Assembly (NCBI GenBank): GCA_964016885.1
Contig: OZ024763.1
Location: 26,660,001-26,724,000, forward strand
Length of the DNA stretch: 64,000 nucleotides
Direction: 5' to 3'
Origin: Eledone cirrhosa
Taxonomy: Eukaryota
The translations under genes were made by a program, and so were the position numbers. Below the pieces are notes generated by a model. The model had not been told where the DNA came from and did not search any database. It saw only the letters and a list, made by a program, of their open reading frames with translations. Shown here piece after piece: positions 1-13,539 of this stretch (position 1 is its first letter; each line of letters starts with the position of its first letter).

Positions 1-100
1 TATATAATAAATTGAAGTGAAAGCAACTGGTGCGTGTGTTTCTTATTGGCAACATGACCCTCCCAAAGTATAACAATATCGGTTTCAACACACGATTTCA
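1..100 (+). mobile_element. 3' tail of short PLE-type element, family B
   Basis: Bases 1-78 are the reverse complement of 30378-30455. The CATGACCCTCCCAAAGTATAACAATAT motif recurs at ~448-475 and ~56105-56130. Confidence 0.6.
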
Positions 101-133
101 GATAAAGAATCTTGCTAAACAAATTCAGAAACG

Positions 134-235
<102 letters not shown>

Positions 236-335
236 TGTCTTTAATGCGTTGAAATGTCCGAAACCCCCAGCAGAGAACTGAAGGGGGAACCTGTCCCTTG
301 TTTGCGCCTGCGTCTCTACGTGTTTGTTTTTGTGT

Positions 336-487
336 TTGTCACGAGGAGGTCACAGAATGTGTGACGAAAGAACTTTGATAAACAGATGCATAACGAACAA
401 TAAAGATAAAGAGTGCGGGTCTTTGTTTCTGTTGGTAATATTGGCGACATGACCATCCTCAAATATAACAATATCGGTTTCAACACA
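336..487 (+). mobile_element. Family B element with decayed hammerhead (336-381)
   Basis: ttgtca-C(-)GAGGA-G-GTCACA gaatg TGTGAC-GAAA-GAAC-TT-tgataa. Helix II matches the intact motif at 30536-30580, but the core lacks U4. The family B tail follows. Confidence 0.6.
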
Positions 488-659
488 TGATTTCACAGAC
501 ACACACACACACATATAGGATAGAGGTAAATTTTACCCGACGCTGTTCTTGACAACATTTTGCTGTCTTAAAAGCTTCTTTGCGTTGAGTTATTCTCCCT
601 ATTCTACAATTTCTAATATACTCGGGCTTCAAACTCGATATTCGAGATAACTTTGTCTT

Positions 660-1232
660 TATATATACTAACAGAAAAACCACCTTTCGGGTAGTTTTCT
701 GCTAGCATGTGTAGAGTGTATATTGATGAATGTAGATATGATACGTCAAATAAAATCGTAATTGACAATATACATAGAAATTGAACGAAGACTGCGTTAC
801 ACTGTCTTATGTAATCAGTAAAGTAATCCATGATACATTAAAAACAGACGATATTATACAAATCCCGTCGAGGTTAACTTTGCCTTTCATCCTTACCGGG
901 TCGATAAAATAAAGTACCAGTAATGCTAGTAATTGCTGGCCTTGTGCCAAAGGCAGAAACAATTATATATAAACTGCATTATGAGAAAATTAGTGACAGA
1001 AATATATGAATGTCTATTTAAGCGATCGCTAACCGGAAGTGTTGATATTTGAAAATTTTAAAGAAGTGAATCTTAAAATAAGCAACAAAATTATTTATAT
1101 TTAATCAAGCATAACGAAATTTAGTAGATAAATTATGTAATATTCATTCATTATTTATTCAAAGTAATCCAACTTATTTTACAAACGAGTTAAAAAAATA
1201 TATTCTGGACGCAGTCCTTACTTTATTATAGT
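660..1232 (+). repeat. Unclassified interspersed repeat, family D, copy 1
   Basis: Homologous in reverse complement to 36525-37740, e.g. TTAGTAGATAAATTATGTAATATTCATTCATTATTTATTCAAAGTAATCCAAC. Confidence 0.7.
863..965 (+). mobile_element. 5'-truncated tRNA/Nin-like SINE (family A) inserted in family D
   Basis: GAGGTTAACTTTGCCTTTCATCCTT..GGGTCGATAAAATAAAGTACCAG...GGCCTTGTGCCAAA. It is absent from the second family D copy. Confidence 0.8.
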
Positions 1233-1302
1233 TTAGATATATGTGTGTGTGTATGTGTGTGTATTCTGTATCTATCCTTTGTGACCCAGTCTCTATTTTT
1301 GT

Positions 1303-1337
1303 ACTCCTAAAGAAGGGCTAAAGCCCGACACGTTGAA
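1303..1337 (+). ncRNA. Decayed hammerhead motif
   Basis: CTAAAGA-A-GGGC taaa GCCC-GACA-CG-TT has two core substitutions. The downstream AAGCG(G/T)GAA(A/C)CTAA tail is shared with 14455-14520. Confidence 0.5.
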
Positions 1338-1410
1338 TTTTCTTTCCGCTTTTCCATATAAAGCGGGAAACTAAGAAGACTTTATGTACCTGTGTTGTCG
1401 TTTCCTTGAA

Positions 1411-1503
<93 letters not shown>

Positions 1504-1610
1504 CATACACTGATCGACGATAACAGCATAAAGCAACCATTTCTCTCCTCAGTATATCATTAAAAGAATGTTCTTTATTATCAATAGTGACTTTCCACGG
1601 CACCACCACC

Positions 1611-1642
<32 letters not shown>

Positions 1643-1888
1643 CATCAGCAGCCAAACCTAATCTCCATATCTAGTTCCTATTATAACCTTTCTCTTCACA
1701 AGCAACAGCTTGTCTTCTATTGAATATCTCACCAGTGTTCCCACCATCACCAGCAGCAGCATCATCATTACCATCATCATCATCACGATCTTCTTCTTCT
1801 TCTTCTTCTTCTTCTTCTTCTTCTTCTTCTTCTTCTTCTTCTTCTTCTTCTTCTTCTTCTTCCATTACGTTTGATCAGTTGATTCAGA

Positions 1889-2730
1889 TGAAGTGTTTTG
1901 CTCAAGAACACAACCCAGTCCAGGAATCAAACCCACGACATTAAGGCCGTAAGTCCAACACCCTTACCACTGGAGCAACGTGAAAGGAAGTGTTTTACTC
2001 AAGAACACACACAACACACAGCTCAGTCCAGGAATCAAACCCACGACATTAAGGTCGTAAGCCCAACACCCTTACCACTGGATCAACGTGAAAGGAAGTG
2101 TTTTACTCAAGAACACACACAACACACAGCTCAGTCCAGGAATCAAACCCACGACATTAAGGTCGTAAGCCCAACACCCTTACCACTGGATCAACGTGAA
2201 AGGAAGTGTTTTACTCAAGAACACAACACACAGCTCAGTCCAGGAATCAAACCCACGACATTAAGGTCGTAAGCCCAACACCCTTACCACTGGAGCAACG
2301 TGAAAGGAAGTGTTTTACTCAAGAACACACACAACACACAGCTCAGTCCAGGAATCAAACCCACGACATTAAGGTCGTAAGCCCAACACCCTTACCACTG
2401 GAGCAACGTGAAAGGAAGTGTTTTACTCAAGAACACACACAACACACAGCTCAGTCCAGGAATCAAACCCACGACATTAAGGTCGTAAGCCCAACACCCT
2501 TACCACTGGAGCAACGTGAAAGGAAGTGTTTTACTCAAGAACACAACACACAGCTCAGTCCAGGAATCAAACCCACGACATTAAGGTCGTAAGCCCAACA
2601 CCCTTACCACCGGAGCAACGTGAAAGGAAGTGTTTTACTCAAGAACACACACAACACACAGCTCAGTCCAAAAATCGAACCCACGACATTCATTATAGTC
2701 ATAGGTCCGACACCCTTATCATTAGGCCAC
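1889..2730 (-). repeat. Tandem array of ~7.5 SINE heads (tRNA head plus start of CORE-like region), 104-108 bp units
   Basis: Unit starts at 1973, 2081, 2189, 2293, 2401, 2509 and 2613. The reverse complement matches the 5' part of the SINEs at 16542 and 55498. Confidence 0.85.
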
Positions 2731-2829
2731 CCACCCACACACCCACACCCACACACAGAGTCACAGAGAGAGAGTTACATACACGTATTATACACAAACG
2801 ATTTACCAAATTAATTTCTCTATAACACA

Positions 2830-3360
2830 TATTTCACCCTCTCTATCTCTCTCTATATATTTCACCCTCTCTCTATCTCTATATATATTCCCCCCTCTCT
2901 CTCTCTATATATATATTTCACCCTCTCTATCTCTATATATATTTCCCCCTCTCTCTCTATATATATATATATTTCACCCTCTATACATATATTTCACCCT
3001 CTCTATCTCTATATATATTTCACCCTCTCTATCTCTATATATATTTCCCCCTCTCTCTCTCTATATATATATATTTCACCCTCTATACATATATTTCACC
3101 CTCTCTATCTCTATATATATTTCACCCTCCTCTCTCTCTCTATATATATATATTTCACCCTCTATACATATATTTCACCCTCTCTATCTCTATATATATT
3201 TCACCCTCTCTATCTCTATATATATTTCACCCTCTCTATCTCTATCTATATATATATTTCACCCTCTCTCTCTATATATATATTTCCCCCTCTCTACATA
3301 TATTTCACCCGCTCTCTCTCTCTATATATATATTTCCCCCTCTCTACATATATTTCACTA
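2830..3360. repeat. Compound minisatellite TATTTCACCC(TC)n(TA)n
   Basis: Directly visible. Confidence 0.9.
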
Positions 3361-3423
3361 TATATATATGTATATATGTAAAAGAAATCAAAGAACGCCT
3401 ACATACTCATACAATTTTTATTT

Positions 3424-3468
3424 GCTAACAATGTTTCATCCATACCATTGGGCAGGGTTCATCAGAGC
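3424..3468 (-). ncRNA. Type I hammerhead ribozyme motif
   Basis: Minus strand gct-CTGATGA-accctgcccaatggtatggat-GAAA-CATTG-TT-agc. Helix I is short and helix II imperfect. Confidence 0.6.
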
Positions 3469-4389
3469 TTTAAAAATAAAATTACAATGCTCACTATAGG
3501 CTCTACCGAGCTTCGTCACATGAACATTAGAAATACAATAGAGGGCAACCAGAGGGATATCGGAAATGGCGAGTATTGAGAGAGTGCATAGTGGGGTTGT
3601 TATTCAGCACTACAGCTAAATGCAATGGTACAGGCAGATTTTTTCAAGATGCAGAAGCACGTGAGGGCACACAAAAGCAAAAAAATATAAACAATAGTTA
3701 AAATATATAATAATAAAGTAAAAGGAAAGTAATAATATAAAGAGATAAAAAAATGTTTAAAAAGAAAAACGAAAAAGTTTTTTAAGGCACACAAAAAACA
3801 AGATATGCGTTGGTCACTATATATAACAGGTGATTTAGTTCTCTATAACTTAGAGTTATAGAAATACTAAAAGGCTCCCAAGGTACCTTCAGAAATCCTA
3901 ATTGGGATTTTATTCATCCCTATAGTATACATAATCAAAGTATACTAGTAGGTTACGGAATTATGTGGACCATGGGTGCTATACCTGTATATATACAAGC
4001 ACCACATAAATAAATAAATACAGGCCAAACACGAGCAAAGCAGGGTTATTGCTTGATCAGGCTAAAGCAAATGACATAACAAAAATGGTTAAGTCCCTAA
4101 AAAACACACATATGGCGAGGAGTCACAACATATTCATATCTACCGAAGAGGTTATAAAGATAGTGGATTATCAGTAGATAATAATAGGGTCCAGGGTTTA
4201 CAACATATGTAGATGGTCCTTAAAGTTCAAACCAGTCGGATTTAAACGATCACCAAAACAAAACTTCACATATAGTAACACGCACTACAGGTTGAATACA
4301 GGCGTATATTGGGTTGTCAAGTATGAAATTTGTAGAATTTTTTTTTTTTTTTTTTTTACAAATTTCTACAAATTTCATACTTGACGACC

Positions 4390-4950
4390 CAATATTTCAC
4401 CCTCTCTCTCTATATATACATCTTTCACTCTCCCTCTCTATCTCTATATCTTTCAGCCTCTCTCTCTATATATACATCTTTCACTCTCCCTCTCTATCTC
4501 TATATCTTTCAGCCTCTCTCTCTATATATATACATCTTTCACTCTCCCTCTCTATCTCTATATCTTTCAGCCTCTCTCTCTATATATATACATCTTTCAC
4601 TCTCCCTCTCTATCTCTATATCTTTCAGCCTCTCTCTCTCTATATATATACATCTTTAACTCTCCCTCTCTATCTCTATATCTTTCAGCCTCTCTCTCTC
4701 TATATATATACATCTTTCACTCTCCCTCTCTATCTCTATATCTTTCCGCCTCTCTCTATATATATACATCTTTCACTCTCCCTCTCTATCTCTATATCTT
4801 TCAGCCTCTCTCTCTATATATATACATCTTTCACTCTCCCTCTCTATCTCTATATCTTTCAGCCTCTCTCTCTATATATATATACATCTTTAACTCTCCC
4901 TCTCTATCTTATATATATTTCACCCTCTCTATATATATTTCACCCTCTCT

Positions 4951-4990
<40 letters not shown>

Positions 4991-5059
4991 TTCACCCTCT
5001 CTCTATATATATATATATTTCACCCTCTTTCTCTCTCTCTCTCTATATATATATTTCAC

Positions 5060-5138
<79 letters not shown>

Positions 5139-5265
5139 CACCCTGTCTCTCGCTCTCTCTCTCTATATATATATATTTCACCCTCTCTATCTCTCTCTAT
5201 ATATATATTTCACCCTCTCTATCTCTTATATATGTATATCTCACCCTCTCTTTATATATATTTCA
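4390..5265. repeat. ~58-bp minisatellite (CATCTTTCACTCTCCCTCTCTATCTCTATATCTTTCAGCC...) and (TC)/(TA) compound repeat
   Basis: Directly visible. Confidence 0.9.
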
Positions 5266-5397
5266 CCACTTCGTTTCCAGCTCTCCTCGCCCCTCCCCTC
5301 CCTATCCCCCTTCCTCCTCCTTCCAATAAGCTTTCAAGTTGAATAATTCTAGAATTTACCATTATTAATTAATCCAGTCGCGATATTTTCTAGTTTA

Positions 5398-6915
5398 GCA
5401 CCACCACCACCACCACCACCACCACCACCACCTCAGTCATTACCACCACCACCACCACCGCCACCACCACGGTCATTACCACCACCACCACCGCCACGGT
5501 CATTACCACCACCACCGCCACCACTACGGTCATTACCACCACCACCACCACCACCACCACCACGGTCATTACCACCACCACCGCCACCACTACGGTCATT
5601 ACCACCACCACCACCACCACCACGGTCATTACCACCACCACCACCGCCACCACTACGGTCATTACCACCACCACCACCACCATCATCTCCACTGTCATTA
5701 CCACCACCACCTCCATTATCAGTGTCATTACTAATACCACCATCAATACCAACACAACCGCCACCACCACTCCCATCACCACCACCACCACCATCACCAC
5801 TACCACCATCACCACTACCACTACCATCACCACCACCACTGCCACTACCACCACCACCACCACCACCACCACCACCACTATCACCTCCACCACCACCACA
5901 CCACCACCACCACCACCACCACCACCACTACCATCACCACAACCACCACTACCATCACCACCAATATCACCACCACTACCACGACGACCACCACCACCAC
6001 CACACCACCACACCACCACCACCACACCACCACCACCACCACCACCACACCACCACCACCAATATCACCACCACTACCACGACCACCACCACCACCACCA
6101 CACCACCACCACCACCACCACACCACCACCACCACTACTGTTGTTGTTGTTATGTTAAGGTGAAGGACGTTTGGCAGCAGCAGCAGCAGCGCCTCGATTG
6201 AAACAACAAACAACACGTAATCACAATATATTAAACACACACATACAGACACAGTCACACACACAGTTACACACACAGTCACAGTCACACACACAGTTAC
6301 ACACACATGCACGTAAACGTAGCTACACACTACACGTAAACGCACTCACGCATATACAAACACACTACACATACTGAACACACACACACAGGCACAAACC
6401 GACACACTTTGTACATACACACACACACACATTACACACATAAACGCGGTCTACACATCATACACGCGCACACACTCCACACACACACTCCACACTACAT
6501 TTCTACTCCAGACTACACACCATACATCCACACTCCACTACACACCATGTATACACACTACACACTCCACTACACACCATATATACACAGTACACACTCC
6601 ACTACACACTATATATACACACTACATACTCCACACTACACACCATATATGCACACTACATACTCCACACTACACACCATATATACACACTACACACTCC
6701 ACTACACACCATATATACACACTACACACCATATATACACACTACATACTCCACACTACACACCATATATACACACTACATACTCCACACAATACATACA
6801 CACTCCACTACACACTACACATCATATATACACACTACATACACACTACACACCATAATACCCACTGCACACTACATACACACTACACAACACACTACAC
6901 ACTAACTACACTTTA
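5398..6915. repeat. (CCA)n-based and (CA)/CACTA-based low-complexity tracts
   Basis: Directly visible. Confidence 0.9.
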
Positions 6916-7122
6916 CACAGAATCTACTGTGTAACTGTTTACACATTCCATTCTAACATTTTATTCTAGAAACAGTATTTTAACCAAACAGTTCAATGCC
7001 AATATAGGCAGAAAAATCAATACATTCTTTCACGATCACAGATCAATAATGACTAAGTTAAAATTCCATACATTAATGTCATAAACTGTTGTTTTTGTGT
7101 GGTACGACTTACCGCACTGACC

Positions 7123-9170
7123 TGGTAGTAGTGGTGGTAGTATTGGTGGTGGTGGTGGTGGTGGTTGTATTGGTGGTGTTATTGGTGGTAGTGTTATTGG
7201 TGGTGTTAGTGGTAGTAGTGGTGGTAGTATTGGTGGTGGTGGTGGTGGTGGTTGTTGTATTAGTGGTGTTATTGGTGGTAGTGTTATTGGTGGTGTTAGT
7301 GGTAGTATTGGTGGTGGTGGTGGTGGTTGTATTGGTGGTGTTATTAGTGGTAGTGTTATTGGTGGTGTTAGTGGTAGTAGTGGTGGTAGTATTGGTGGTG
7401 GTGGTGGTGGTGGTTGTTGTATTAGTGGTGTTATTGGTGGTAGTGTTATTGGTGGTGTTAGTGGTAGTAGTGGTGGTAGTATTGGTGGTGGTGGTGGTGG
7501 TGGTTGTTGTATTAGTGGTGTTATTGGTGGTAGTGTTATTGGTGGTGTTAGTGGTAGTAGTGGTGGTAGTATTGGTGGTGGTGGTGGTGGTGGTTGTTGT
7601 ATTAGTGGTGTTATTGGTGGTAGTGTTATTGGTGGTGTTAGTGGTAGTAGTGGTGGTAGTATTGGTGGTGGTGGTGGTGGTGGTTGTATTGGTGGTGTTA
7701 TTGGTGGTAGTGTTATTGGTGGTGTTAGTGGTAGTAGTGGTGGTAGTATTGGTGGTGGTGGTGGTGGTTGTATTGGTGGTGTTATTAGTGGTAGTGTTAT
7801 TGGTGGTGTTAGTGGTAGTAGTGGTGGTAGTATTGGTGGTGGTGGTGGTGGTTGTTGTATTGGTGGTGTTATTGGTGGTAGTGTTATTGGTGGTGTTAGT
7901 GGTAGTAGTGGTGGTAGTATTGGTGGTGATGATTGTATTGGTGGTGTTATTGGTGGTGTTAGTTATAGTAGTGTTGTAGTCGTAGTGGTGGTAGTATTGG
8001 TGGTGATGGTTGTATTGGTGGTGGTATTCGTGGTGTTAGTGGTAGTAGTGTTGTTGTTGTAGTCGTAGTGGTGGTAGTATTGGTGGTGATGATTGTATTG
8101 GTGGTGTTATTGGTGGTGTTAGTTATAGTAGTGTTGTTGTTGTAGTCGTAGTGGTGGTAGTATTGGTGGTGATGGTTGTATTGGTGGTGTTATTGGTGGT
8201 GTTAGTTATAGTAGTGTTGTTGTTGTAGTCGTAGTGGTGGTAGTATTGGTGGTGATGATTGTATTGGTGGTGTTATTGGTGGTGTTAGTTATAGTAGTGT
8301 TGTTGTTGTAGTCGTAGTGGTGGTAGTATTGGTGGTGATGGTTGTATTGGTGGTGTTATTGGTGGTGTTAGTTATAGTAGTGTTGTTGTTGTAGTCGTAG
8401 TGGTGGTAGTATTGGTGGTGATGGTTGTATTGGTGGTGTTATTGGTGGTGTTAGTTATAGTAGTGTTGTTGTTGTAGTCGTAGTGGTGGTAGTATTGGTG
8501 GTGATGGTTGTATTGGTGGTGTTATTGGTGGTGTTAGTTATAGTAGTGTTGTTGTTGTAGTCGTAGTGGTGGTAGTATTGGTGGTGATGGTTGTATTGGT
8601 GGTGGTATTCGTGGTGTTAGTGGTAGTAGTGTTGTTGTTGTAGTCGTAGTGGTGGTAGTATTGGTGGTGATGATTGTATTGGTGGTGTTATTGGTGGTGT
8701 TAGTTATAGTAGTGTTGTTGTTGTAGTCGTAGTGGTGGTAGTATTGGTGGTGATGGTTGTATTGGTGGTGGTATTCGTGGTGTTAGTGGTAGTAGTGTTG
8801 TTGTTGTAGTCGTAGTGGTGGTAGTATTGGTGGTGATGGTTGTATTGGTGGTGTTAGTGGTATTAGTGTTGTTGTTGTAGTCGTAGTGGTGGTAGTATTG
8901 GTGGTGATGGTTGTATTGGTGGTGATGGTTGTATTGGTGGTGTTAGTGGTAGTAGTGTTGTTGTTGTGGTGGTAGTATTGGTGGTGGAGTTGGTGGTGTT
9001 GTTGTTGTTGATGTCGGTGGTGGTGGTGATGGTGTTGTGGGTGGTGTTGTTGTGGGTGGTGTTGTTGTGGGTGTTGTTGGTGGTGTTATTGGTGGTATTA
9101 GTGGTAGTGTTGCTATTGGTGGTAGTGTTGTTGGTGGTGTTCTTGGTGGTGATGCTTTATGTTGGTAGTG
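7123..9170. repeat. (GGT)n-derived higher-order minisatellite
   Basis: Directly visible. It produces the poly-Val pseudo-ORF. Confidence 0.9.
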
Positions 9171-9284
9171 GTATTATTTGATCAACCTGCCGCAAATACT
9201 GAACTGGTTGTGGTAGTGTTGTTGTTGTTGTTGTTTTGCTGTTGATGTTGGTGTCGGTGGTTGTGCTGTTGTGTTGCCAGACGA

Positions 9285-9830
9285 ATATAACTGTGGTTAA
9301 AATGACTTCCATGATGTAATTGTTTTATTTTCAACACACTACAGTCACAGATCAAGTCACTTGCCATATATTTTAACACATAGTCAGAGATCAAGTCACT
9401 TGCCATATATTTTAACACACAGTCTTAGATCAAGTCACTGGCCAGACATGTACAACTGTGGCTAAAATGACTCTTCCACACAATAATTCTTTTAGTTTCA
9501 ACACACCACAATGTCAGATCAAGTCACTTGTCAGATAGTTTAACACAGTTTAATACGCAGGCTCAGACCAAGTCATCTGCTAGACATGAACAACTGTGGC
9601 TAAAAGGACTCTTCCATGATGTAATTGTTTTAGTTTCAACACACTTCAGTCTCAGATCAAGTCACTTGCCAGATAGTTTAACACATAGTCTAACACATAG
9701 TTTAATACACAGTCTCAGATCAAGTCATCTGCTAGACATGTACAACTGTGGCTAAAATGACTCTTCCATGATGTAGTTACTTTAGTTTTAACACACCACA
9801 ATGTCAGATCAAGTAATTTGCCAGCCAAAT
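9285..9830. repeat. Diverged tandem repeat with CAGATCAAGTCACTTGCCA core
   Basis: About eight recurrences of AGATCAAGTCA, plus ACAACTGTGGCTAAAATGACT repeats. Confidence 0.8.
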
Positions 9831-9903
9831 ACAACTTCGTATTTAACTCTGCATGTGTCTGTCAGTCTGCGTGTCTGTCAGTCTGTCAGTGTGTGTGTGT
9901 GTA

Positions 9904-9950
<47 letters not shown>

Positions 9951-10409
9951 ACCGCTACAGTTATAACACAGCTGTGAGAACATTTTTTATGTGTTTGTCA
10001 TTAATTTTAAGTTATATTAAGGTTCAACCAATCTTTTGTTTCCGAAAACTTTGTTGTTGCTATTGTTATTGTTGTTATTGTTGTTGTTATTGTTGTTAAC
10101 AGCAGTGACTTTGGAGTAATTAGAGCTATTAGGTGTGTATATATGACAAATCAACCTTTCTTTCTCTCCCTCATCCTCACCCTCTCTCTTTTTCTCTGGA
10201 TATGACGTCACACTGACACAAATAACGTATTCTCGGAAGATCTGCCATCTTTTCATAGAATTTAGCTGAGCTAGGGGCGCGTAAAATTGACTGTTCTACA
10301 TAGTAACGTGGCTATGTATATGTATATATGTGTGTATGTATGTATGTACACACACACACATATATATATATACACACATGTATATATATATATATGTGTG
10401 TGTGTGTGT

Positions 10410-10441
<32 letters not shown>

Positions 10442-10739
10442 ATACACACACACACATACACACATATGCATATATATGTACATGTGTGTATATATGTATC
10501 TCTCTCTCTATATATATATGTGTGTGTGTGTGTATATATGCATACATATTTAGTAACTAACCATACACGTGATTTCCTCCTGTGAGACAAACAATTTTCC
10601 ACTTTTTGCTTTCTTTCTTTCTTCTCTTACTGTCGTCGTTCTTTCCATCTCTTTCTTCTTCTCTCTCTCATTCTATTTTCTGACGAAAGATTAACATCCC
10701 TAAAGTTCAGACAATTTTCCTACCATATCGTGTGCTAAG

Positions 10740-10826
<87 letters not shown>

Positions 10827-10875
10827 TATAAATATATAAATACATAATCGGAGAAAGCTAAAAGCGATACTCCGG

Positions 10876-10962
<87 letters not shown>

Positions 10963-11040
10963 AATATATATAATATATATATATATAATTCAGCGAGAAT
11001 CGTATTTCGGCTGGTAGAAAAAGCGAAACGAAACGCAAAA

Positions 11041-11100
<60 letters not shown>

Positions 11101-11228
11101 AAAGTTCAATTTAAAATTGTTGGGATACAACAAGTAAATATTTTTATAACTGATATAAAGCACTCGACAAGTATTTGGAGTAGATATACGATATTAATAA
11201 ATGGAAACTATATTTATAAAACCATATT

Positions 11229-11293
11229 TATTTCATTATACATATTTCAGGGATACCAAATTAAATTATGGTATGCCTTCATCAGACAAAATA
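11229..11293 (-). ncRNA. Type I hammerhead ribozyme motif (inverted copy)
   Basis: Reverse complement of 11387-11451. Confidence 0.75.
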
Positions 11294-11386
11294 CAATATA
11301 TACTGGATATCCAGATGGCTTCCAAAAACAATGGTTGCATTTTAATAGGGTACGTCAAAGCTTATTTGTAAAACTGTTATATATTG

Positions 11387-11451
11387 TATTTTGTCTGATG
11401 AAGGCATACCATAATTTAATTTGGTATCCCTGAAATATGTATAATGAAATA
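11387..11451 (+). ncRNA. Type I hammerhead ribozyme motif
   Basis: tattttgt-CTGATGA-aggcatacca taatttaatt tggtatccct-GAAA-TATGTA-TA-atgaaata. Confidence 0.78.
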
Positions 11452-11490
11452 AATATGGTTTTATAAATATAGTTTCCATTTATTAATATC

Positions 11491-11559
<69 letters not shown>

Positions 11560-11598
11560 ATAACGAGGAATCATTGATGTATCAAAACACAATATATT

Positions 11599-11692
11599 AA
11601 CATATTACATATGTTTCTCCGACGATCAGCTCAAGGCAGGATCTATTGCAGATCGAACCTGACTCTGCATTCGCAAGGTCCTCAGATATGTT
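11599..11692 (-). ncRNA. Type I hammerhead motif with long helix II insert
   Basis: aacatat-CTGAGGA-cc...gga-GAAA-CATATG-TA-atatgtt. Helix I is a perfect 7 bp and helix III is palindromic. The base of helix II is non-canonical. Confidence 0.65.
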
Positions 11693-11753
11693 TATCGTTT
11701 TCAAGGCATTTCATCCGATTGACAATATTCAATCCTTTCCTCTTTATCTATAA

Positions 11754-12660
11754 CTAGCAGTGGTACCCGGCGTGGCACGGGATAAGGTATTTTGGAACGC
11801 GGGCCGCCAACAGACCTAATCGTGGAAAAACTGCATACGTGGACAATATGTAAAGAAAATAAACCGAATACTCTGATGGCTGGATAATCTTTAAGATTTT
11901 TCTCGATGAAGCAGGAAAAATGCAGGTTTTAACCTAATGCGGACCCTAGGGGATCAAGAAAATGAATTTTTTTAATGTGCATAATATGCCTTGAAATTTC
12001 GGGAAAATCGGCTAGACGTAACGCCTCAAAAAAGCCCTAAAAAGCTGAAAAAATGAAGTTTTTCACCTAATGCGGGCCCTAGACCATAAACAAATTGGAT
12101 TTTCTTTGCTCACGGTATGAAGAAGAGACTGACTAATACATAGTTACAATTTCAAGGAAATCAGTCTGAAAAAACCCCCAAAACAAAACCAAAAAACGCA
12201 GTTTTTCAACTAATGCGGGCCCTAGGGGATCAACAAGTTGAATTTTTATGTGCATAACACTCCCTGAAACATAAGTAATGCACATGTAAAGTTTGAAAAC
12301 AGTCGGTTGGGTACTTCTCAAGTTTTAGGGTTTCAAACTCACACACACACACACACACATCCTCAGGGAAGTGACGTAATGCAGACAGTCAGACATACAG
12401 ACAGATATTATAAGGGCGCGACGTTATATGTATGTATCTATCTAAAAAGAGAAGGACTAAGAATTACAGAGAGAGATCGCTAAATCGCCTAATGCAGTCC
12501 CTAGGGCATTGAAAATTTTAAATTTGTTTTTGCTCAAGACACTCTCTGAAACAAGTATTATATGTGTAAAGTTTGAAAAGAGTCGGTTGGGTGGTTCTCG
12601 AGTTTTATGGATTCAAACTCACACACACACAGACAGACATCCTCAGTTTTATATATATAT
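11754..12660 (-). mobile_element. Non-autonomous Helitron-like element
   Basis: The minus strand begins ...TATATATAAAACTGAGGATGTCTGTCTG and ends with the hairpin CCCGTGCCACGCCGGG followed by TACCACTG-CTAG-T. Internal repeats CTAATGCGGGCCCTAG are present. Confidence 0.7.
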
Positions 12661-12830
12661 ATAATTGTTTCTACGTTTGGCACAAGGCCAGCAATTATCC
12701 CAGTGCATTACTGGTACTTTATTTTATCGACCCAGTAAGGATGAAAGGCAAAGTTAACCACATCGGGATTTGAACTCAAAATGGCAAGGGCCGTAACTCT
12801 ATGCGTCAAAGTATGGCGTCCGACCCTCTA
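12661..12830 (-). mobile_element. tRNA/Nin-like SINE family A
   Basis: Family A body with B-box GAGTTCAAATCC on the minus strand. Confidence 0.85.
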
Positions 12831-13496
12831 TAATAATATACTCTGCTCTGCGCGAGCATCGAGTGCTCAAACGGCATACCGCCTACGGACGCATTTATTA
12901 CAACATTACAATAACTATATATATATGTATGTATATATATGTGTGTATATATATATATATGTATGTGTGTATAGAACAGTTCAGTCTAACTCTGCTGACA
13001 TATTGTATGGGAGATCCTTCTGTTTTGAAGTTTGTCATGTCGTATAAACTGATCCTTCTCATCCCCCAACCCCCATCTCACCCTACCCCGTCTCACCCTA
13101 CTCCGTCTCACCCCACCCCCTCTTATCATCTAGCCTCTTCACCCCCAACCCCTTTTCATCCCCATCACCACCCATCCTCCACCCCCTGTCTATCCCCCCC
13201 ACCACTTCTCATCCCCACCACCCCTTCTAACCCCCTTCTAATCTCTTCCTATCTTATTTCTACTCCTAACTCATACCTCCTCATTTCTAAATCCCCCCTC
13301 CCCCCTCTCTCTCACTATCATTCTTTTCCACCACCACCTTTCCCCCGCTATCCTATATATGACTCCCTTCTCCCCTCTCTCTCTCTCTCTCTCTCTCTTA
13401 GTATCATCACCTCCCCCTCTAAGTATCACCACCACCCATCTCTCTCTCAGTTTCACTACCCCCTCTCTCTCCTATATATGTCTCCCTCCTCCCCTG

Positions 13497-13539
<43 letters not shown>

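Larger units (their letters stand above)
11184..11496. mobile_element. Fold-back PLE-type element: ~119-bp inverted arms, each with a hammerhead
   Basis: 11184-11302 is the reverse complement of 11378-11496. The element lies between (TA)n tracts. Confidence 0.85.

Noticed and set aside
1898-2825. Repetitive ORFs (QSRNQTHDIK...)
   Set aside because: They are antisense reads of the SINE-head tandem array.
10676-10715. CTGACGA motif before a TA tract
   Set aside because: GAAA and the helices are too degenerate. At most it is a decayed hammerhead.
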